Below are positions 58,439 to 64,000 of a stretch of 64,000 nt of DNA, in pieces (within the stretch, counting starts at the first letter, position 1; the number at the start of each line of letters is the position of its first letter). A program made the position numbers and the translations under genes. The notes under the pieces were generated by a model. The model was not told the DNA's origin and did not search any database. It saw nothing but the letters and a program-made list of their open reading frames with translations. Source of the stretch: Hyphochytrium catenoides (Eukaryota > Protista > Hyphochytriomycota); contig FLMG01000308.1 of the NCBI GenBank assembly GCA_900088475.1, positions 15,557 to 79,556 of the forward strand, read 5' to 3'.

Positions 58439-59546
58439 ACCCAATTCAGACAGCATCAGCCCAGAGGAAGAGGAGGCTCCTGCAAGAGAGTTGAGAGGCA
58501 TGTGGCATTGGCCTGTCTCTCTGTGGGAGGAGGAGGGGGAGGAGCCAGGTTTATTTATCACTTGCTGAAAACCTGCGGGTCAGCCTTCGCGGCGTTGTCA
58601 GCTCACTGGGGATTGCATGGTGGTAGCTCTCTCTCGGAGGAGGTTATGCCGGCAAACTAGGCCTGCTGTACTGAGATAATGGCAGGATCTCTCTACGAGG
58701 AGAGAGGACGGTAGGCACTGCTGCTGGGCTCAGATCCCTAAGATGTCGCTCTGGCCGGACAGGCCAGTGAGAAGCCTCCGCTGTGTGAAGACCAATCTCG
58801 TCATAACCAATGAGCCCTTCTTATTAGGCGCCAGAGCAGCTGTTTTGCTATGGCACCTCAGCTTTTCCGATTAACCATACAAATTATCTAGCTGTCCTTT
58901 TGCAAGTGAGCACTTGCGTAGATGTGAGTGAGGATGATAACGGGAGGAACGAGCAGTGAAGATGTCAGGAAGAAGACCTGCCCTTGTCTCTCTAGTCATC
59001 TAAACGGGGGCATGGAGCCTTCCGCTCCAGCGATGAAGGGCCTTGCATGGCTCACAGCAAACCTATCCCTAGTCCTACCGACCGAGAGGTAGACGAGTGA
59101 TACGATGGAGTGGCAGCATGCTCTCCGCTTCTTTCCCCAGTCAATGCAGGCAGCCTACCGTAGCAACCACCCTGTACATTGTGTCACAGCATCGCTTACT
59201 TATGACTGAGTAAAAGTAGGGACATATTATAGAGGTCTAGCTCACATTGGAGCGACATCTCAAAGAGCGGGAGCGCAGTGTGAAAGAAGCAACTAGAAAG
59301 GGCATTTATATAGGTAAAATAAATAGGAAGCACATGACCCTTGAGAGGAATAGGCCCAACAGTCCGCTAAACTCTCCTCTGCACAGCTCATCCCAGCCGT
59401 CAGCATTCTCGACTGAGGTTTCCCCACAGTAGCGCTGCTAAAGGAGAGTCTCAGGGTAATCTATGCTCTTCAAGAGAAAGGGCCAGCCTGCGACGTCGGG
59501 GTCCCCTGACCGCACTCTAAACAAGCGAAGCACCCCAGGAGGGATC

Positions 59547-60905
59547 TTAAACTTGATACAACTCCGGCTGGAATGCCCGTGCAGGTGAGGGCGAAACGTT
59601 TCTGAGATAGTACTTTGCGCCGGACTGTGAAGATCCACCTTTTTCACCATCATCCGGCGGCATCAAGTCATCAAATGCCTTCCCATCATACTCGTAGCTC
59701 CCTCGGCTAGAGAATATCTCGGACGTAGATACAGCGGGTGATCCTTCTAGAGGCTCGTCCTCCTCATCGCTATCGACGCTGGCGCTGCTGGAAGTAAACC
59801 AGCCTGTAGAGTCTGCGCGACGGGCGTGGAGACTGCCAGCTCCCTGTAACTTCTCCGAGAGCTCGTCCCCTCCAAACCCTCGATCCACCCAGAAGCTGAC
59901 AATGAAAGCAAGTAACAGCACTGCTTCTATAGCCAGGACGAGTGCATTGTCCACAGAGCCTGAACAATCGTCTGCGCTTTCCGCTTGACTTTGCAGGCAG
60001 TCTTGATACGACTGCCATGAGCTTTCATACTCTCCCTCAAGTACCAGCGTGCAGAGAGATAAGATGAGCAGGGCCGTCAGCAACGTACCAATAAGCCCAT
60101 AAGCAACCATAAACTTGGAGGTTCTACATCTCCCTTGCCACCAGCGCCAAATATTAATGTTCCATACCCCATTCTTGGTCCTCTCCTCAAGGTTGCTGCC
60201 CCTTGCTGACGCCTTCGTTGTTCTCAGTACCGCGGACGAAGAAGGCCGCAAAATAATCTCTCGTTTAGATGGATAGGTGCAGCCCAAGTAAAGACAATAC
60301 ATCGACGTTGTAGCTCCTAGAACCGTCATCATGGCCGTCTCCAATAACCGCACTGTGAATTGGCTGCCTCTGACATCGAGGCCGTAGTAAATGGCAGGGA
60401 CGATCACTGCCACCCAAAGAAGACCTAGCATGCCCATTACCGCGACTGGACTGGTTAGCGCGGATACTCTCTTGGAAGGTGGCTTCGCATTTCTAAACGC
60501 CACTGCCGCAAGCAGTATTACATAGAAGGCTGCTGAAAGTATCAGACAAGTGCTGCAGGCATGTGCCAGCATGAATACGAGGATATCCACTTGGCCGCTG
60601 AGTCCTAGAGGATCCAATCCTTGGAGAAAGAGGCAGAAGGAGGCTCCCACGAGAAAAGGGAATATTATCCACTGTGGTCTTGTGCCATCTGCTTTCTTTG
60701 CCATGAGAAGGAGCTTGACAGCACAGACCAGTGTCAGAAAGCCCCCAATAATCAGTGCTAAGACCTTTACCAAGAGATATCTTGTTCCAAGCACTTCACT
60801 GAAGGGCGTTTGGCACCCTGTTTGGATGTCCACAAAGGGATAGCTACACTCTTCTACGAGCACCCTCCTTCCATGGAGCTGCTTAGTCCAGTACGAGGGA
60901 TTCAT
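59547..60905 (-). CDS. Uncharacterised 7TM-like membrane protein, intronless, 452 aa
   Basis: Short N-terminus with two Cys (CSYPF..GCQTP), about seven hydrophobic segments, a long basic loop between TM5 and TM6, a Cys pair in the last loop and an acidic Ser-rich tail. Confidence 0.8.
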   Translation of the reverse strand: MNPSYWTKQLHGRRVLVEECSYPFVDIQTGCQTPFSEVLGTRYLLVKVLALIIGGFLTLVCAVKLLLMAKKADGTRPQWIIFPFLVGASFCLFLQGLDPLGLSGQVDILVFMLAHACSTCLILSAAFYVILLAAVAFRNAKPPSKRVSALTSPVAVMGMLGLLWVAVIVPAIYYGLDVRGSQFTVRLLETAMMTVLGATTSMYCLYLGCTYPSKREIILRPSSSAVLRTTKASARGSNLEERTKNGVWNINIWRWWQGRCRTSKFMVAYGLIGTLLTALLILSLCTLVLEGEYESSWQSYQDCLQSQAESADDCSGSVDNALVLAIEAVLLLAFIVSFWVDRGFGGDELSEKLQGAGSLHARRADSTGWFTSSSASVDSDEEDEPLEGSPAVSTSEIFSSRGSYEYDGKAFDDLMPPDDGEKGGSSQSGAKYYLRNVSPSPARAFQPELYQV

Positions 60906-62905
60906 CTCTCTTTTAAATATGAGAACCCACTTTGCGCTCTCTGGTCCACCTCCAAAAGGACTCTACTCAAGCCGTCTCTAATTGAACCCTTCGCCAAAGC
61001 AACCGATCAATAATTCATAAGCAGCTACGTCGTCCACCTATGATCGTCTGATGCCATCGTCAACAGATTCCTTTGGCTGCCAGTGGGATCTCAACTTGTC
61101 TGCTGCGACTCAGCCTTTGCAAGCCTTGCCAGCTGCAATGTAGACAACCTGGCTGGCTGATACAAGCCTTTCAAAGAAAAGTGCAGCAGAGGACTGGTTG
61201 CTCTCTAATAGTACCAGATGCCGAAACCTCTGAGCATCTCTTCTTGTCAGCACTGCGAAGGGAAGCTCTGGTCCCGTCAATCGCTCTATCCACCGGCCAC
61301 AGCCACAGCCACAGCAAAGAAAGCCACTGAGGAATCAGAAAGAACTGAGGAAGAAAAGAACTTCCTAGTTGCTGGGGCGCCAAGTGCAGCTGCGGGTGAG
61401 ACTGACCAGGCGACGGAAAGCAGGCGGCGACGATGGGAAGCGGAGAAAAGAGACAGAATAGGGAACATCGAGGAGACAGAGGCATCGGAGAATACGAGGT
61501 AGAGTGCCATTCAAAAGAGACAGAGTGAGAGGTAAGCACTGCAGATCCTGAGGAGTAAAGGGTGAGATAAAATGGAGGCCTGGTGGAGAGATGGTGACGG
61601 TCTTTGAAGAGGTGAAACCATCTCAGACAAAGAAGAGTCTGATGTGTGAGCGCCAGAGAAGAGAGAGAGAAAGCGGGAGAGGGAAGGACCTTACGTCGTG
61701 CTTTACAACACAAATGCAGAGCCCTCTCCTCTTTTTGGAGGGTAGCGCATACCAATCGCAAATAATCCTGGAAAGGCGTAGGTGATTTTGAGAAAACAGA
61801 GCGTTGCATTCGATATCAAGGGGCCTGACAAATGCCAAGTGTTTCTTTTCGTTCTTGCTCTTAGGCGTCGTTCGTCTTCTGTTAGAGGTGTAGCTCAGTA
61901 CATCGTAGTCAAGAATGAACTCGGCCTATAACAGCGTGGACGCACATCCTTCCTTTGCCCTACAGTATTGGTATTTCGTGCGAGATGCTCGATACTAGTA
62001 CGAACAAGCTTTGTAAAGGGTGAAGAATAAGAATGTGCGCACTTAGTTTCTTTTTTTTTATGCATCGTCTTGCCTGAAAATTGCACCTGTGGAGAAGCGC
62101 ACATTTGGACCTTGTGAACGGTAGACTGGCTCTTGCCTTCATAACAGATGGCTACAGGAGTGGCGGTCATGTTGTAGTTGTTACGTGTGGTGCTGGAGTC
62201 GAGGTGCTGTAGCCAATAGAAGTTGAAGCTAAAGAATCTGCAAAAAAGCTTCAAAAGTGGCTGTTATTATTGGATTCCTGTCAGCTGTCAGCGGCAATCG
62301 GCACATCTGCGGCAGCCCGACGAGGATGAACCATCTCCTTAGCTACATGCTACATCGTTGTGCAGACAGACCATAACATGGCTCATCTGCGTGTGGAGGC
62401 AGCTGGTGCCCTCGTGAACCTGAGAGGGCGTCGTGATTGATAAGGGACACACACTAGTGCAATTGTTCGTTTCCCTCAGACTAAGCGGACGGAGGAGGTG
62501 CAGAAAGTTTTACAGCAGAACGGGCTAGCAGTACGATGCCTATTTAAAGATGGTCGTTAGCCTTACTTCTAATTCTTGGCCTCTCAAGTGCGCCGTCTGC
62601 TGAGCGCAATCGGCTTAGATTACGGCCGTCTTTTTACTCCTTGAAGCAGCGTCTATCCCCTCACTCACAGAATGCCATCGCGAAGAGTCATGTCTGACCC
62701 CTCCTTGGACCTAGACCTTCCGCACAGGGAGTTAGCGACGGCGTCGACCTCCGTCTATCCATCTGTCACCTGGTACCCGTGGCATGCGTAGTTGTTCTAA
62801 AGGGGACTTAAAAGTTAAGACTAGGATACATCGGCCATTATTCCCCGGCCCGACTCCTATGTAGTGCAAAGCTGGCACAGCACCAGAGTCTCCTCTACTA
62901 GTGCA

Positions 62906-64000
62906 TCAGCAGCAAGCCTGATTCTTCTCCTCTGTCCATTCTAAGCTTAAGCCGTAAACGAAGTCATCCCGACAGCCAATGACAATGCAGCAGTAGTCTT
63001 TCCGCGAGATAGAAGGAGATGAGAATATCTCCCCGCCGAGCTTAATGTCGCCCACCAAGGCCCCAGAGCAAGCCTCGAGCACGTACAATCTGCCATCAGT
63101 CGAACAGCAGCATACGAGCTCGTTCTCCTCCATTCGCCCATCATCTACACCGGAGCCCTCTGCACTTGGACGTCTTAGCCGTAGGGGGGCCGGAGTAGAG
63201 AAGATCGGGTACGAGGACAAATGGGTAGCCCACACAAGTTCTGCCCCGCCTGTGAAACAGCGAAGGGCTCCATCATGCGACCCAATGAAATACAATGCCG
63301 AGCGCCGCTTCGCCTTGTCTGCTGCAAACCATGATACTGGCGAGCTAAAGATCGGCTGCGAGGAAAGGGATAAGCATTTAGCGTCGCCGCCATCGTGCCT
63401 AGAGGCAATCTCTCAACTTCCCTATACCTTAGTGGTGCGGAGCTTCCATTCCTGCTGACCTGTTGACGAAATGCCGTAAATGCCGCCGTCTACGCAGCCC
63501 ACGATGAATGAATTTCTGGTCTCGTCAACAACCCCAGTAGAGTAGACAGGGCCGGGCATCTGCTTTACAATTGAATTAGTGATTTGGATATTCGCTGAGC
63601 CTGTGCTGGGGTGGCTGCTGACCTTAATATGCCAGACCTCATCAAAGACACAGCTTTTCGGATTTGGATGTGTCACGCGATAGCACGACACCACGCCTGC
63701 AATGGTAGCAACGAAGAGCCTCTCTCCTTGGGCATGGAGGACCGGTGAGGCATATACGCTAGGAGATAAGAGAAACGAAGGCCAAGTACGGCACACGACA
63801 CCGGAGTCAGGCGGAACGATTGTAGCAAGTCCGCGTGAACACGCGAGTAAGCAGTAGATTTGCACCAAGGAGAGAAGTGTATTGCCCACAGAGAGGGGTT
63901 ATGACAGCTATAACGGGCAGAGGAGGAGTTAAGCACTCAAGGAGTATTAGGAAATATGCAGTCAACAGAGCGCTAGATTGGAAAAAGAGGAAGATATGTG
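62906..64000 (-). CDS. 3' part of an AASDH-like (beta-alanine-activating enzyme) PQQ beta-propeller protein; 5' end lies outside the window
   Basis: Repeats VYASPVL, PVYSTGVV..FIVGCVDG, PIFSSPV..FIGSHDG, PIFSTPA and CSTDGRLYVL, and the terminal LGGEIFSSPSI..IVIGCRDDFVYGL typical of AASDH C-termini. Confidence 0.75.

Noticed and set aside
61073-61850. Short ORFs and splice-like signals between the 7TM and AASDH-like genes
   Set aside because: Could not assemble a consistent gene model; may be UTR exons.
1-64000. CRISPR arrays, rRNA, intact transposons, or stop-codon reassignment suggested by frequent TAG
   Set aside because: No repeat-spacer arrays, rRNA motifs, transposase/RT motifs or terminal repeats seen. 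In-frame TAGs in conserved genes fall in introns or acceptor sites, and TAG, TAA and TGA all terminate genes here.

Overview
Eukaryotic nuclear DNA with short GT-AG spliceosomal introns, CT-rich intron sense strands, GA/TC microsatellites and two N gaps. A stramenopile source is my inference from the GMMCMKNC-type HMA domains and the style of the membrane proteins; it is not proven. All exon boundaries were inferred by eye. In order along the window: a large coiled-coil protein (-, runs off the left end); a cyclophilin lacking catalytic residues (+); a histidine phosphatase/PGM-like gene (-); a CHD1-architecture remodeler whose ATPase motifs I, III, V and VI are degenerate (+); a Cu-transporting P1B ATPase (-); an intron-poor block (about 26.7-46 kb) with decayed sequence, a SAM methyltransferase, an amino acid transporter, a 758-aa orphan membrane protein and a type I surface protein; an MscS-like channel (+); a small type I membrane protein (-); a bacterial-type YhdH/AcuI acryloyl-CoA reductase with 10 introns and a putative mitochondrial presequence (+); a papain-family protease with a predicted GPI signal (-); a 7TM-like orphan (-); and the 3' end of an AASDH-like PQQ beta-propeller gene (-). 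I could not support any rRNA, tRNA, CRISPR array or intact transposon. The best leads are the apparent pseudo-ATPase CHD1 and the intron-containing AcuI.
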